Shown here piece by piece: positions 1 through 10,290 of a stretch of DNA of 55,200 nt; position 1 is the first letter of the stretch, and every line of letters begins with the position of its first letter. Origin of the DNA: Candidatus Nomurabacteria bacterium RIFCSPLOWO2_01_FULL_33_24. GTDB taxonomy: Bacteria; Patescibacteriota; Minisyncoccia; Phycocordibacterales; MFUP01. The stretch spans positions 1 to 55,200 of the forward strand of contig MFUP01000005.1 in NCBI GenBank assembly GCA_001785735.1. The letters are read 5' to 3'. The notes below the pieces were generated by a model, which did not search any database, was not told where the DNA came from, and worked only from the letters and a program-made list of their open reading frames with translations. The position numbers and the translations under genes are program-made.

Positions 1-32
1 AATTAAAAATAATCCTTAAGACATTTTTATCT

Positions 33-61
33 AGAGTGTTATAATTAATTTATAACACTCT
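33..61 (+). promoter_or_regulatory. Inverted repeat containing an extended -10 promoter upstream of pilB
   Basis: AGAGTGTTATAA-N5-TTATAACACTCT (12-bp arms). It embeds TGTTATAAT (37-45), an exact TGnTATAAT extended -10, 23 nt upstream of the ATG at 69. Confidence 0.45.
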
Positions 62-68
62 ATTAATT

Positions 69-1823
69 ATGTATATAAAAGAAGATCAACTTGAAAAATT
101 TATTTTAGAATCAGGACTAGTTTCTAAGAATGATGTTGATACTGCTCATAAAGAAGCCAAAAACAAAAAACAATCACTGGAAGCCATTTTACTTAACCAA
201 GGAAAAATTTCAGAAATTGATCTTAAGAGAGTAGAGGCTTATATTTTAGGGATACCTTTTATTTCTTTAGTTGGAGAAAAAATTGATCCAGATATTTTAT
301 CTTTAATCCCTGAACTAGTTGCCAAAAATCATAATATTATTGCTTTTAAAAAGACTTCCAACGGATTACAAGTAGCGATGCTTGATGTTGATGATTTAAG
401 GGTAATTGATTTTGTTAAAAAGAAAGTTGGCATAAAGATAATTCCTATGTTAACTGATGATAAATCAATTAAAGAAGGATTATTACAATATAAAAGAAGT
501 TTAGAAGCTGAGTTTGATGACATTATCAAAAAAGAAACTGGCTCAATCAAAACAATTGCTCTTAATCAAGACAATGAAACTTCTGAAACTGATTTAAAGA
601 AATTGGCCGAAGATCTGCCCATTATTAAAATTGTTGATACTCTAATTTCTCATGCCATTTTACAAGATGCTTCTGATATTCATATTGAACCGGGAGAAAA
701 AGAACTTGTTATTCGTTATCGAATTGATGGTATTTTGCGCGATGCGATGGTTTTACCTAAAAAAACATCTTCCGGAGTAACCGCTCGTGTTAAGGTTTTA
801 TCTAATTTAAAACTTGATGAAAAAAGATTACCACAAGATGGACGATTTAAAATTTTAACAGAAGATAACCAAAAAGTTTCTTTTAGAGTTTCAGTTATTC
901 CATCTTACTATGGCGAAAAAACTGTTATTAGAATATTAAAAGCAACTTCTTATGGATACACCTTAGAAGATAAGGGTTTCCACGGGGAAGGATTGGAACG
1001 AATTCATGATAGTCTCAAGCAAAGATCCGGAATGATTTTAGTAGCTGGACCAACCGGATCAGGAAAAACAACCACTCTCTATGTTGCTTTAGATATTTTA
1101 AACACACCAGATGTTAATATTTCTACCATAGAAGATCCAATTGAATATCAAATGCCCAGAATTACTCAAACCCAAATAAAGCCGGACATTGGTCTTTCTT
1201 TCGCTAATGGGTTAAGATCTCTCTTGCGACAGGATCCAGATATTATTATGGTTGGAGAGATTAGAGATAACGAAACCGCTTCTCTGGCCGTTAATGCTTC
1301 TCTCACCGGTCATTTAGTTCTCTCTACTATTCACACTAATTCAGCGGCCGGTGTTATTCCTCGCTTAATAGATATGGAAGTAGAACCATTTTTGATTGTT
1401 TCAACCCTAAAAACTATTATTGCTCAAAGATTAGTTAGAAAACTAGGTGAGAGCAGAGAAAAATATTTTCTTTCCCCATCGGAATTAAAAGTTTTATCAA
1501 AAATAGTTAAACTAGACAGAATGCTTGAATTACTTAAGGAGGGGAAAATAATTGGCCTCAATGATACTTGGGAAAAAGTTCCTTTTTATAAACCAAAAAA
1601 AAGCAAAGACTGTATCGATGGTTATGGTGGACGACTTGGTATTCATGAGGTTCTTAAAGTAACTTCCTCAATCAAAGAATTGATTATTAGAAGCGCTTCA
1701 ACAGATGAAATAGAGGAACAAGCAAAATCTGAAGGAATGATGACGATGGTTGAAGATGGAATATTTAAATCTGTTCAAGGGCAAACAACCATAGAAGAAG
1801 TTTTGAGAGTTGTTTCAGAATAG
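69..1823 (+). CDS. pilB: Type IV pilus/T2SS assembly ATPase (PilB/GspE family)
   Basis: 584 aa. Walker A GPTGSGKTT, Walker B-like IIMVGEIRD, His box GHLVLSTIHTN. Followed by pilC and pilin-like genes. Confidence 0.93.
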   Translation: MYIKEDQLEKFILESGLVSKNDVDTAHKEAKNKKQSLEAILLNQGKISEIDLKRVEAYILGIPFISLVGEKIDPDILSLIPELVAKNHNIIAFKKTSNGLQVAMLDVDDLRVIDFVKKKVGIKIIPMLTDDKSIKEGLLQYKRSLEAEFDDIIKKETGSIKTIALNQDNETSETDLKKLAEDLPIIKIVDTLISHAILQDASDIHIEPGEKELVIRYRIDGILRDAMVLPKKTSSGVTARVKVLSNLKLDEKRLPQDGRFKILTEDNQKVSFRVSVIPSYYGEKTVIRILKATSYGYTLEDKGFHGEGLERIHDSLKQRSGMILVAGPTGSGKTTTLYVALDILNTPDVNISTIEDPIEYQMPRITQTQIKPDIGLSFANGLRSLLRQDPDIIMVGEIRDNETASLAVNASLTGHLVLSTIHTNSAAGVIPRLIDMEVEPFLIVSTLKTIIAQRLVRKLGESREKYFLSPSELKVLSKIVKLDRMLELLKEGKIIGLNDTWEKVPFYKPKKSKDCIDGYGGRLGIHEVLKVTSSIKELIIRSASTDEIEEQAKSEGMMTMVEDGIFKSVQGQTTIEEVLRVVSE

Positions 1824-1825
1824 TT

Positions 1826-3046
1826 ATGAAATTTTCTTATAAAGCTCAAGATAAAAAAGGTGAAATAATAGAAGGTTATTTAGAAGCCGATGATAAATTT
1901 TCTTTAGCTAACCAACTTCGAGGGGAAGGGCTAACTCCTATTTCAGTTGAAGAAACGAAGAAAAAATCAAAAATATTATTTTTGATAGATAAATTAGATA
2001 ATCTAATTGGGTCAGTTAGTGTTTATGAAAAAATTACTTTTACTAGGAATTTAGGAGGAATGATTCAAGCCGGTCTTTCTCTTCGCCGAAGTTTAGATGT
2101 CTTAGAAAAACAAACAAAAAATAAAAAATTTAAAATAATAATTAATTCTTTATGCAAAGACATAGATGAAGGTGATTCTCTAAGTGAAAGTTTATCCAAA
2201 TTTCCTAAAGTTTTTTCTGGCCTTTTTGTCTCTATGGTTAAAGCCGGGGAAGAATCAGGGAGTTTGGCAGAGTCTTTAAAAGAAATAAGATCTAACCTTG
2301 AAAAAGTTTACAAATTAAACAAAAGAATTAAAGGAGCGCTTATTTATCCAATAATTGTTGTTTCGGCTGTTGTTATCACTGGTATTCTTATGTTTATTTA
2401 TGTTGTCCCGACCTTAACCAAAGTATTCAAAGATCTCAATGTTGAGTTGCCTAAGACAACCAAATTAGTTATTACTCTAAGTGATTTTTTATCGGAAAAT
2501 ACTACTTTAGCTTTTTTGATCTTGATTGCTTTTATTATTTTTATAACTTTCCTCTTTAAAAGTAAAAAAACAAAGATTTTTATTGATTTTATAATATTAA
2601 GACTGCCAATGATTGGAGTTATTGCCAAAGAAGTTAATTCAGCCAGAACCGCTAGAACCCTCTCCTCTTTATTATCTTCAGGAGTTGATATGACCAAAGC
2701 GCTTTCTATTACTGGAAATGTTCTTCAAAATATTTACTACAAAAAAATATTAAAAAATGCTGAAGACTCCGTTAAACAAGGAATTCCCCTTTCAAAATCT
2801 TTTAAAGAATCCGGAAAATTATATCCAATTATGGTTGGGGAAATGGTAGAAGTAGGAGAGGAAACAGGAAATTTGGCAAAAATGTTTCTAGATATTGCTA
2901 TTTTTTATGAAGAAGAAGTTGATAATAAAACTCAAAATCTATCAACAATTATTGAACCGGTGATGATGATTATTATTGGAATAGCGGTTGGTTTTTTTGC
3001 TGTCTCAATGATTACTCCTCTTTATGGTGTTTTGGAATACATGTGA
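1826..3046 (+). CDS. pilC: Type IV pilus/T2SS platform protein (PilC/GspF family)
   Basis: 406-aa polytopic protein with a duplicated GspF-type module (MVKAGEESGSL / MVEVGEETGNL). Starts 3 nt after the pilB stop. Confidence 0.9.
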   Translation: MKFSYKAQDKKGEIIEGYLEADDKFSLANQLRGEGLTPISVEETKKKSKILFLIDKLDNLIGSVSVYEKITFTRNLGGMIQAGLSLRRSLDVLEKQTKNKKFKIIINSLCKDIDEGDSLSESLSKFPKVFSGLFVSMVKAGEESGSLAESLKEIRSNLEKVYKLNKRIKGALIYPIIVVSAVVITGILMFIYVVPTLTKVFKDLNVELPKTTKLVITLSDFLSENTTLAFLILIAFIIFITFLFKSKKTKIFIDFIILRLPMIGVIAKEVNSARTARTLSSLLSSGVDMTKALSITGNVLQNIYYKKILKNAEDSVKQGIPLSKSFKESGKLYPIMVGEMVEVGEETGNLAKMFLDIAIFYEEEVDNKTQNLSTIIEPVMMIIIGIAVGFFAVSMITPLYGVLEYM

Positions 3047-3582
3047 TGATTAAAAATTTTAAAATTCAAAAAGAATTTATCCCCGCACCAAAATATATTA
3101 AACAAAATTTTGGCATAAGTTCGCCAAGCGAGCGGGGATTTACCCTAATAGAAATATTCATTGTTCTAGCAATTTTAGTCATCTTAGCGATTATTACTTT
3201 ACCATCTTTCTCTTCTTTTAAAAATGAACAAATAATAAAAAGCGAAACAGAAACAATCATTTCTTTTATTGATCAAGCTAGGTCTAAAACCCTTTCTTCC
3301 CAGGGATTATCACAATATGGTGTTCATTTTGAGAGCGCTAAAATAGTTTTTTTCAACGGAGATACCTTTTTGGAGTCATCATCACTAAACGAAGAATTTA
3401 TTATTAATCCAATTATTACAATTTCTGATATCAATTTAAATAATAATGGCCATGATGTTATTTTTGAAAGGTTAACTGGTTCAACCGATCAATATGGTGT
3501 GATTAACATTCAAGTAATTTCAGACCCAACCATAGAAAAAACAATTACTATCACCCAAACAGGAATTATCAGCAGTAATTAG
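3043..3582 (+). CDS. Pilin/pseudopilin-like protein with prepilin-type N-terminal cleavage/methylation motif
   Basis: ...SERG/FTLIEIFIVLAILVILAII with Glu at +5. The leader is unusually long (about 32 aa). The start is GTG at 3043 or, more likely, ATG at 3046, overlapping the pilC stop. Confidence 0.8.
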   Translation: MMIKNFKIQKEFIPAPKYIKQNFGISSPSERGFTLIEIFIVLAILVILAIITLPSFSSFKNEQIIKSETETIISFIDQARSKTLSSQGLSQYGVHFESAKIVFFNGDTFLESSSLNEEFIINPIITISDINLNNNGHDVIFERLTGSTDQYGVINIQVISDPTIEKTITITQTGIISSN

Positions 3583-3599
3583 GATATATATCAAGTATT

Positions 3600-4097
3600 A
3601 TGAATAAAAAACTACCAACTACTAACTACTCACTACTAACTAATAAAGGAATTGTTATGGTAGAAATTATTGTTGTCATTACTGTTATCTCGATTTCTCT
3701 TTTAGCCCTAGTCTCAGTTTCTAAAAAAGCTGTTCAAGTAAGTAGAAATTCACTTAATAAGATTCAAGCTAGTTTTTTATTAGAAGAAGGAGTGGAGGTG
3801 ATAAAAATAATAAGAGATAATGATTGGGATAATATCTCTAATTTATCATTTAATTCTGATTATTATTTGAGTTTTTCTTCTGGCTCTTGGTCTTTATCCT
3901 CCTCTGCTAATTTAATTGATAATTTTACTAGAATAATCACTGTTGAAAATGTGAATCGTGACAGCAATGATGACATTGCCGTTTCTGGAACTATTGATCC
4001 TGGAACTAAATTAATTACTGTTTCTGTTTCTTGGCCAGATGGTAATCAAACCATCAATGAATCACTTCAATTTTATTTATTAAACATCTTTGAATAA
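3600..4097 (+). CDS. Pilin-like protein (prepilin-type N-terminus)
   Basis: ...TNKG/IVMVEIIVVITVIS with Glu at +5 and a hydrophobic helix; 165 aa. Confidence 0.7.
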   Translation: MNKKLPTTNYSLLTNKGIVMVEIIVVITVISISLLALVSVSKKAVQVSRNSLNKIQASFLLEEGVEVIKIIRDNDWDNISNLSFNSDYYLSFSSGSWSLSSSANLIDNFTRIITVENVNRDSNDDIAVSGTIDPGTKLITVSVSWPDGNQTINESLQFYLLNIFE

Positions 4098-4611
4098 TTT
4101 TATGAAAACACAAACCAACAAAGGGTTTTCCATTATAGAAATAATTATTTATCTTACTATTTTTTCCATAATGACTGTCCTCATTATTAATTCGCTATTT
4201 TTAACTATCCGATCTTTTGCTGAAATAAGAATAAATAGAGAGTTGGCTGAATCAGGGTTTGTCTCAATGGAAAGAATTACTAGAGAAATAAGAGAAGCCC
4301 AGGGAGTTAATATGACAGATAGTATTTTAAGCACTAATCCCGGAATTTTAAAGCTTAATTCTTTAGACCAATTAGGGAATCCTAGAATTATTGAATTTTA
4401 TGTAGATAATTTGATTTTAAAATTAAAAGAAAATAATATTTTAGCTGGAAGTTTAATAGGAGAAAATGTGGAAATAACTAACCTTATTTTTGAATTAATT
4501 ACAACTAATCAAGGAGAGGCAATTAAAACAGAAATGTTCTTACGGAGTAAAAAAGAAAATAACCAAATCAAAAATTTTTATAACACAACTATTTTAAGAG
4601 GAGAATATTAA
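4090..4611 (+). CDS. Pilin-like protein (prepilin-type N-terminus)
   Basis: MNNFMKTQTNKG/FSIIEIIIYLTIF with Glu at +5. Overlaps the previous ORF by 8 nt. Confidence 0.75.
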   Translation: MNNFMKTQTNKGFSIIEIIIYLTIFSIMTVLIINSLFLTIRSFAEIRINRELAESGFVSMERITREIREAQGVNMTDSILSTNPGILKLNSLDQLGNPRIIEFYVDNLILKLKENNILAGSLIGENVEITNLIFELITTNQGEAIKTEMFLRSKKENNQIKNFYNTTILRGEY

Positions 4612-4616
4612 TTTTT

Positions 4617-5885
4617 ATGAAATCACAATCTATAAACTATAAATCCGGACAAACGATGATGATAGTAGTTATCTTCTTTCTTTTTATTTCTCTCGCCATA
4701 GTTTTATCTTTAATCTCTCCTACCATCAGAGAATTTAAAGTTTCCAAAGATTTATTGAGTTCAAAAGAAAGTTATTTTTTAGCTGAATCAGGAATTGAAG
4801 ATGCTATTTATAGATTTAATTCAGGTAAACAAATTTCTTCCAGTGAAAGTATCACTGTCGGACAAAATACAGTGATGACAAATATTGTTAGTTTTGGGTC
4901 AAACGAGAAGGAAATAGTTTCTTTGGGCAATGTCTTAAATCATCAACGAAAAATATCATTAACTTTAAAAGTAGGGACAGGGATATCTTTTAACTATGGG
5001 CTACAAGCTGGAAATGGCGGGTTTGTGATGAAAAATAATTCTGGCGTCTATGGGAATGTTTATTCCAACGGAAATGTTTTTGGTTCTAGTGGTGTTTTTA
5101 TTACCGGCTCTGTGATTGCTTCTAATTATTCCTCCGTTGATAAAATAGTAATCGGTTCGGCTGGGGTTGGCGATGCTTGGGCTAATATAATTACTAACTC
5201 AACCATTACTGGCAATTTGTATTGTCAAATAGGAAATAATAATAATAAAATTTGTAATACTTCCCAAGCTGATCCTAATCCTCAGCCCTTTCCAATTACT
5301 GATGATATTATCAATAATTGGAAAGCAGTCGCTGAAATTGGGGGAACAATTAGTGGCAATTATACTCCTTCAGGGTCGTCTTCTTCGCTTGGGCCTAAAA
5401 AAATTACCGGAAATCTAAATTTGCCCAACGGTCACAAATTAACTTTAAACGGGATTGTTTGGGTAGAAGGAAATATTAATATTTCTAATAATGCCGAAAT
5501 TCACCTAGCTTCTTCTTTTGGGTCTAATGGTGGAATACTTTTAGCTGATGGTTATATAGATTTAAGCAATAATATAGAATTTTTTGGATCAGGAACAAAT
5601 GGAAGTTATATTTTAGTAATTACTACCAGTGATTGCCCGACGAGTTCTTATTGTAATGACTATGATGCCATTACAATGGGAAATAATTCAGAGATAGTGG
5701 TTTTAAATGCTCAAAATGGAAAGATTAATCTTAATAATAACGCCGGAGCTAATTCTGTAACTGCCGATAAGATATTTCTTAATAGTAATGCGACGGTAAC
5801 TTACCAAACCGGTTTAGCTAATTCAAATTTTATTACTGGTCCTTCGGGAGCTTGGAAGATAGATACTTGGGAAGAAATAGAATAA
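4617..5885 (+). CDS. Large minor-pilin-like protein (PilX/GspK-like N-terminus) with Gly/Asn-rich beta-helix-like repeats
   Basis: ...YKSG/QTMMIVVIFFLFISLAIVL hydrophobic N-terminus lacking Glu+5. Repeats such as GNVYSNGNVFGSSGVFITGSVIAS. Last gene of the pilus cluster. Confidence 0.6.
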   Translation: MKSQSINYKSGQTMMIVVIFFLFISLAIVLSLISPTIREFKVSKDLLSSKESYFLAESGIEDAIYRFNSGKQISSSESITVGQNTVMTNIVSFGSNEKEIVSLGNVLNHQRKISLTLKVGTGISFNYGLQAGNGGFVMKNNSGVYGNVYSNGNVFGSSGVFITGSVIASNYSSVDKIVIGSAGVGDAWANIITNSTITGNLYCQIGNNNNKICNTSQADPNPQPFPITDDIINNWKAVAEIGGTISGNYTPSGSSSSLGPKKITGNLNLPNGHKLTLNGIVWVEGNINISNNAEIHLASSFGSNGGILLADGYIDLSNNIEFFGSGTNGSYILVITTSDCPTSSYCNDYDAITMGNNSEIVVLNAQNGKINLNNNAGANSVTADKIFLNSNATVTYQTGLANSNFITGPSGAWKIDTWEEIE

Positions 5886-5902
5886 TTGTTAAAATAAATA
5901 TT

Positions 5903-6670
5903 ATGAAACAGAAAAAACTAATAATTGGAAACTGGAAAATGAACCCCACTTCTCTTAATGAGGCTAAAAAAATTTTTACAAATATAAGAAGAATAGCTTC
6001 CAAAACTTCAAAAGTTCAAACGATAATCTGTCCTCCTTTTGTTTACTTAAATGATCTTCAAAAGTTAGTAACAGGACCTAGATGTGTTTTGGGATCCCAA
6101 AATATTTTTTGGCAGTTTCAAGGAGCCTACACCGGAGAAATTTCTCCTGCCATGATTTCTGATTTAGATATTAAATATGTAATTCTTGGTCATTCAAAAA
6201 GAAGAGAACTCGGGGAAACTAACGAAGAAATTAATCAAAAAGTAAAATTATGTTTCAAATACAATCTAATTCCAATTGTTTGTGTTGGAGAAAACAAAAG
6301 GAGTGGTAGTATAAAATATTTTGATTTCATAAAAAAACAATTAATAGAATCACTTCAGGGAATTTCTAAAAATCAAATTAAGAAAATTGTGGTCACTTAT
6401 GAACCAATTTGGGCGATTGGGAAAGAGGCCGAGAGAGAGGCTACCCCAGAAGAAGCAACAGAAATGTCTATTTTTATCCGTAAAGTTTTAAGTGATATTT
6501 TTGATTTAAAATCAATAAGCCAACTCCAAGTTTTATATGGCGGATCGGTAGATTGTCAAAACGCTGAAGGATTTTTAAATCAACAAGGGATTAATGGTTT
6601 GTTGTTAGGAAGAGTAAGCTTAATTTCAGATAAATTTAATGAAGTTCTAAAAATCGCTCAAAATTTATGA
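5903..6670 (+). CDS. tpiA: Triose-phosphate isomerase
   Basis: IIGNWKMN, YEPIWAIG and VLYGGSV motifs. The start is placed at ATG 5903 (MKQKKLIIGNWKMN) rather than the ORF-track start at 5852, which overlaps the upstream gene. Confidence 0.92.
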   Translation: MKQKKLIIGNWKMNPTSLNEAKKIFTNIRRIASKTSKVQTIICPPFVYLNDLQKLVTGPRCVLGSQNIFWQFQGAYTGEISPAMISDLDIKYVILGHSKRRELGETNEEINQKVKLCFKYNLIPIVCVGENKRSGSIKYFDFIKKQLIESLQGISKNQIKKIVVTYEPIWAIGKEAEREATPEEATEMSIFIRKVLSDIFDLKSISQLQVLYGGSVDCQNAEGFLNQQGINGLLLGRVSLISDKFNEVLKIAQNL

Positions 6671-7755
6671 ACCTTTTTTCTATGCAAAAAGTGGAACATT
6701 GGCAAGGAAAAAAAGTTCTGCTCCGAGTAGATTTTAATATTTCTTTAGGAGAAAATGGGGAAGTTGATGAAAACGAAGATTGGCGAATAAAAAAAATTCT
6801 TCCCACCATTACTTTTTTAAGAGATCGAGGGGCTAAAATAATCATTTTAAGTCATTTGGGAAGAGAAAAAAAAACACTTAAACCAATTGCTAATTATTTA
6901 AATAAGTTTTTTAAAGTAAAATTCATCCCAAGTATTTTAGGAGAAGTAGTAAAAGAAGAAATAAATAAATTGAAAGATAGTGAAGTTTTGCTCTTAGAAA
7001 ATCTTAGACAAGATGAAAGGGAAGAAAAAAATGATCAGGGTTTTTCTAAAGAATTAGCAGAATTAGGCGATCTTTATGTTAATGATGCTTTTTCTGTTTG
7101 TCATCGTAAGCATGCTTCTATTGTTTCTCTCCCTGAATTTTTCCCCAGCTATCTTGGTTTGCAATTGGAAAAGGAAATAGAAAATCTTGAATTAATTATA
7201 AAAAAAACAGAACACCCATTTCTGTTTATTTTGGGTGGGGCTAAATTTGAAACTAAAATACCTTTAATAGAAAAATATTTAAAAATAGCTGATCAAGTTT
7301 TTATTGCTGGAGCTCTCATGAATAATTTTTTTAGAGAAAAAGGGATGAATATTAAAAAATCAATAATTTCAGAAGGAAATTTTAACATTAGAGGTATTAT
7401 TAATAATCGAAAATTAATTTTACCAGATGATTTAGTTTGGAAAAATGAAATGATTGTTGATGTTGGGGATAAATCACTACAGAAATTAGAAGAAGATATT
7501 AAAAAAGCAAAAATAATTTTATTTAATGGACCGATTGGTTATTATGACCAAGGTTCTGAAGAAGGGACAATTAAATTATTAAAAATGCTCACCAAAAGTA
7601 AGGCTAAAGTAATTATCGGAGGAGGAGACACTTTAGTTCTTGTTGAAAAACTTAAACTACAAGATAAGTTTTATTTTATATCTACTGGAGGAGGAGCCAT
7701 GCTAGAATTTCTTCTAAAAGGAACCTTGCCGGGGATAGAAGCTCTTAGAGGTTAG
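6667..7755 (+). CDS. pgk: Phosphoglycerate kinase (short, 362 aa)
   Basis: LLRVDFN, GGGDT and STGGGA motifs. ATGA overlap with the tpiA stop. Confidence 0.9.
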   Translation: MNLFSMQKVEHWQGKKVLLRVDFNISLGENGEVDENEDWRIKKILPTITFLRDRGAKIIILSHLGREKKTLKPIANYLNKFFKVKFIPSILGEVVKEEINKLKDSEVLLLENLRQDEREEKNDQGFSKELAELGDLYVNDAFSVCHRKHASIVSLPEFFPSYLGLQLEKEIENLELIIKKTEHPFLFILGGAKFETKIPLIEKYLKIADQVFIAGALMNNFFREKGMNIKKSIISEGNFNIRGIINNRKLILPDDLVWKNEMIVDVGDKSLQKLEEDIKKAKIILFNGPIGYYDQGSEEGTIKLLKMLTKSKAKVIIGGGDTLVLVEKLKLQDKFYFISTGGGAMLEFLLKGTLPGIEALRG

Positions 7756-8107
7756 TTATTATTTTTTGAGCATTACTTTCAAAGTCCAGAGAATTAGACT
7801 GGGAATTATTAGGCCAAATCCAAATGTGAGCATGAGGAACTTCATCTCCATAAATTTGAGACCTTATCATTTCTGTTCCAAAAGCTTTTTGTTGAGCTAA
7901 AGCTATTTTTTTAACTACCTTAAAATATTCTCCAACATCGTCAATGTCCCAAACCCAACGATAATGTTTTTTGGGAATTACTTGAACATGGCCCGCTTCT
8001 CGTGGATTAATATCCAAAAAAGCCAAAAAATTTTTATCCTCATAAATTTTATAGGTTGGTATTTTACCCTTGACGATTTTACAAAATATGCAATTTTGAT
8101 CATTCAT
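7745..8107 (-). CDS. HIT-family (histidine triad) protein
   Basis: N-terminal CIFCKIVKG and C-terminal PHAHIWIWP (degenerate HxHxHxx); 120 aa. Confidence 0.8.
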   Translation of the reverse strand: MNDQNCIFCKIVKGKIPTYKIYEDKNFLAFLDINPREAGHVQVIPKKHYRWVWDIDDVGEYFKVVKKIALAQQKAFGTEMIRSQIYGDEVPHAHIWIWPNNSQSNSLDFESNAQKIITNL

Positions 8108-8134
8108 CTCAATAGTATATGCTAAAATCTATCT

Positions 8135-9799
8135 ATGAACAATTACCCAGAACTAACTCTTAAACTTTTGGCTAATCGTGGAATTACTACTAACGAAGAC
8201 ATTAAAAAGTTTTTGAGTCCGTCTTATGAAGAAGATCTTCATGATCCTTTTTTGATAAAGGGAATGGAAAAAGCGGTAGTAAGGATTTTTGAAGCCATTG
8301 AAGGAAATGAAAAAATTATTATTTATACTGATTATGATTGTGACGGTATCCCCGGAAGTGTGGTGTTTTATGATTTTTTTAAAAAAATAAATTATTATAA
8401 TTTTGATATTTATATTCCAGATCGCCACAAAGAAGGATATGGGCTTAATAAAGAAGCTATTAAAAAATTTAGTAATAAAAAAGTAAAATTAATAATTACA
8501 GTTGATCTTGGAATTAATAATGTTAATGAAGTAGCTCAAGCAGAAGCCCTGGGGATTGATGTCATTATTACTGATCACCATCTTCCCCCAAAAAATCTTC
8601 CTCGCGCTTATTCAATTATTAACTCTAAACAACTAGATGATAAATATCCATTCAAAGAACTTTGTGGGGCGGGAGTTGCTTTTAAAGTTATCCAAGGATT
8701 TATTCAAAAATATAAAGAATATTTTGATATTAATAATGGTTGGGAAAAATGGCTTCTTGATATGGTTGGAATAGCCACTCTTTCAGATAGAGTTGTTTTA
8801 AGGGGGGAAAATAGAGTTTTGGCATATTTTGGGTTAAAAGTATTACAAAAAAATAAAAGAATAGGGCTTCAGCAATTATTTAAAAAAGCTAATATAAATT
8901 CATATTTTGCTTCCGAAGATGATATAAGTTTTACTATTGCTCCCAGATTAAACGCTGCCTCTAGAATGGATCATCCCCAAAAAGCCCTTGAACTTCTAAT
9001 TGTTAATAATGAGATAGAGGGGAAAGTAGTTTCTGATTATTTAACAAATATTAATAACGAACGAAAAATAATAGTTGCTCAAATTATGAGAGAGATTAAT
9101 AAAAATATTCAACACAGAGAAAAAAATGAATTGATTGTTGTTGGAAATCCTAAATGGCGAATTGGGGTATTAGGATTGGTAGCTACTCGTTTAGTTGAAC
9201 AATATCAAAAACCAATTTTTGTTTGGGGAGTTGAGGGCGGAGAAATAATAAAAGGTTCTTGCCGATCGGACGGAAGTGTTAATTTAGTTGAATTAATGAG
9301 AAAAATACCCAAACAAATTTTAATTGATTATGGCGGACACGAAATGGCTGGTGGTTTTTCCGTTGTTCATGAAAAAATTCATTTTTTAGAAGACGAGCTT
9401 GTTAAAGCTTATAATGTAATAAAGAAAGCTGAAAATGAAATTATTAATAAAGATATATTTATTGACAAAGAGATGTCTTTAAAAGAAGTAATAATGGAAA
9501 ATTATTCCCAAATAGAAAGACTAGCTCCTTTTGGCGAAGGAAACCCAAAACCAATTTTTATGTTCAGAGATTTAAAAATTGAAGAAATTAGAATATTTGG
9601 AAAAAATAAAAATCATTTAGAATTATTATTAATGGATGATAATAAAGACAAAATCAAGGCAATAAGTTTCTTTTCTAATGCTGAAAGTTTTAAAATTCCG
9701 TTGGAAGATGGAAAAAAGATAAATTTAGTTGCCAATTTTGAATTATCTCGTTGGAATGGGAATGCCGATCTTCGTTTGCGAGTAGTTGATATAATATAA
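8135..9799 (+). CDS. recJ: Single-stranded-DNA-specific exonuclease RecJ
   Basis: DHH-family motifs DYDCDGI, ITVDLG, ITDHH, and GGHEMAGG in the DHHA1 region; 554 aa. Confidence 0.9.
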   Translation: MNNYPELTLKLLANRGITTNEDIKKFLSPSYEEDLHDPFLIKGMEKAVVRIFEAIEGNEKIIIYTDYDCDGIPGSVVFYDFFKKINYYNFDIYIPDRHKEGYGLNKEAIKKFSNKKVKLIITVDLGINNVNEVAQAEALGIDVIITDHHLPPKNLPRAYSIINSKQLDDKYPFKELCGAGVAFKVIQGFIQKYKEYFDINNGWEKWLLDMVGIATLSDRVVLRGENRVLAYFGLKVLQKNKRIGLQQLFKKANINSYFASEDDISFTIAPRLNAASRMDHPQKALELLIVNNEIEGKVVSDYLTNINNERKIIVAQIMREINKNIQHREKNELIVVGNPKWRIGVLGLVATRLVEQYQKPIFVWGVEGGEIIKGSCRSDGSVNLVELMRKIPKQILIDYGGHEMAGGFSVVHEKIHFLEDELVKAYNVIKKAENEIINKDIFIDKEMSLKEVIMENYSQIERLAPFGEGNPKPIFMFRDLKIEEIRIFGKNKNHLELLLMDDNKDKIKAISFFSNAESFKIPLEDGKKINLVANFELSRWNGNADLRLRVVDII

Positions 9800-9801
9800 A
9801 A

Positions 9802-10290
9802 ATGAAAAAAGATAAAATAACAATTTACACAGACGGGTCTTCTCTTGGTAATCCAGGACCGGGTGGTTGGGGAGTGCTTATTCAATTAAAAGATAAAAAA
9901 ATAATAGAACTTGGGGGGCGGGAAGAAAAAACCACCAACAATAGAATGGAATTGATGGCGGTTATTAAAGCTTTTAAGTATCTTAACGATAGTCGGTTAG
10001 GAAATAATGGTTTAAAATTAATCCTTGATTCCGAATATGTAAAAAAAGGCATTACCGAATGGATTTATGGGTGGGTTCAAAATAACTGGCGGACCAAGAA
10101 CAGAAAACCAGTTTTAAATCAGGATTTATGGAAGGAGTTAATTATTATAGTTCAAGAATATGAAAAAAAAAATAAAATAGAATGGGAAAGAATAGATAGT
10201 CATACTGGAGTTGCTGGCAATGAACGAGCTGATCAAATTGCCGTTTCTTTTGCCGAAGATAAACCTACCCCATTAAAGGATGAAAGATGA
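9802..10290 (+). CDS. rnhA: Ribonuclease HI
   Basis: IYTDGSSLGNPGPGGWG, NNRMEL and GNERADQ motifs; 162 aa. Confidence 0.92.
   Translation: MKKDKITIYTDGSSLGNPGPGGWGVLIQLKDKKIIELGGREEKTTNNRMELMAVIKAFKYLNDSRLGNNGLKLILDSEYVKKGITEWIYGWVQNNWRTKNRKPVLNQDLWKELIIIVQEYEKKNKIEWERIDSHTGVAGNERADQIAVSFAEDKPTPLKDER

Noticed and set aside
329-550. Antisense or alternative-frame ORFs from the track that lie inside well-supported genes. Examples: 329-550, 2398-2697, 3066-3260, 4149-4334, 6636-6845, 8153-8428, 9613-9885, 12094-12312, 17568-17759, 17831-18103, 18846-19073, 19569-19916, 20116-20412, 20595-20837, 21121-21390, 22100-22288, 24437-24682, 27294-27614, 32104-32418, 33318-33548, 33712-34038, 38389-38613, 39268-39580, 40333-40566, 43974-44267, 48739-49086, 50557-50757, 50994-51176, 52507-52992, 54366-54572.
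   Set aside because: Each is fully embedded in a conserved, motif-bearing gene on the other strand or in another frame. None has its own promoter, terminator or recognisable domain. They are typical shadow ORFs of biased-composition DNA.
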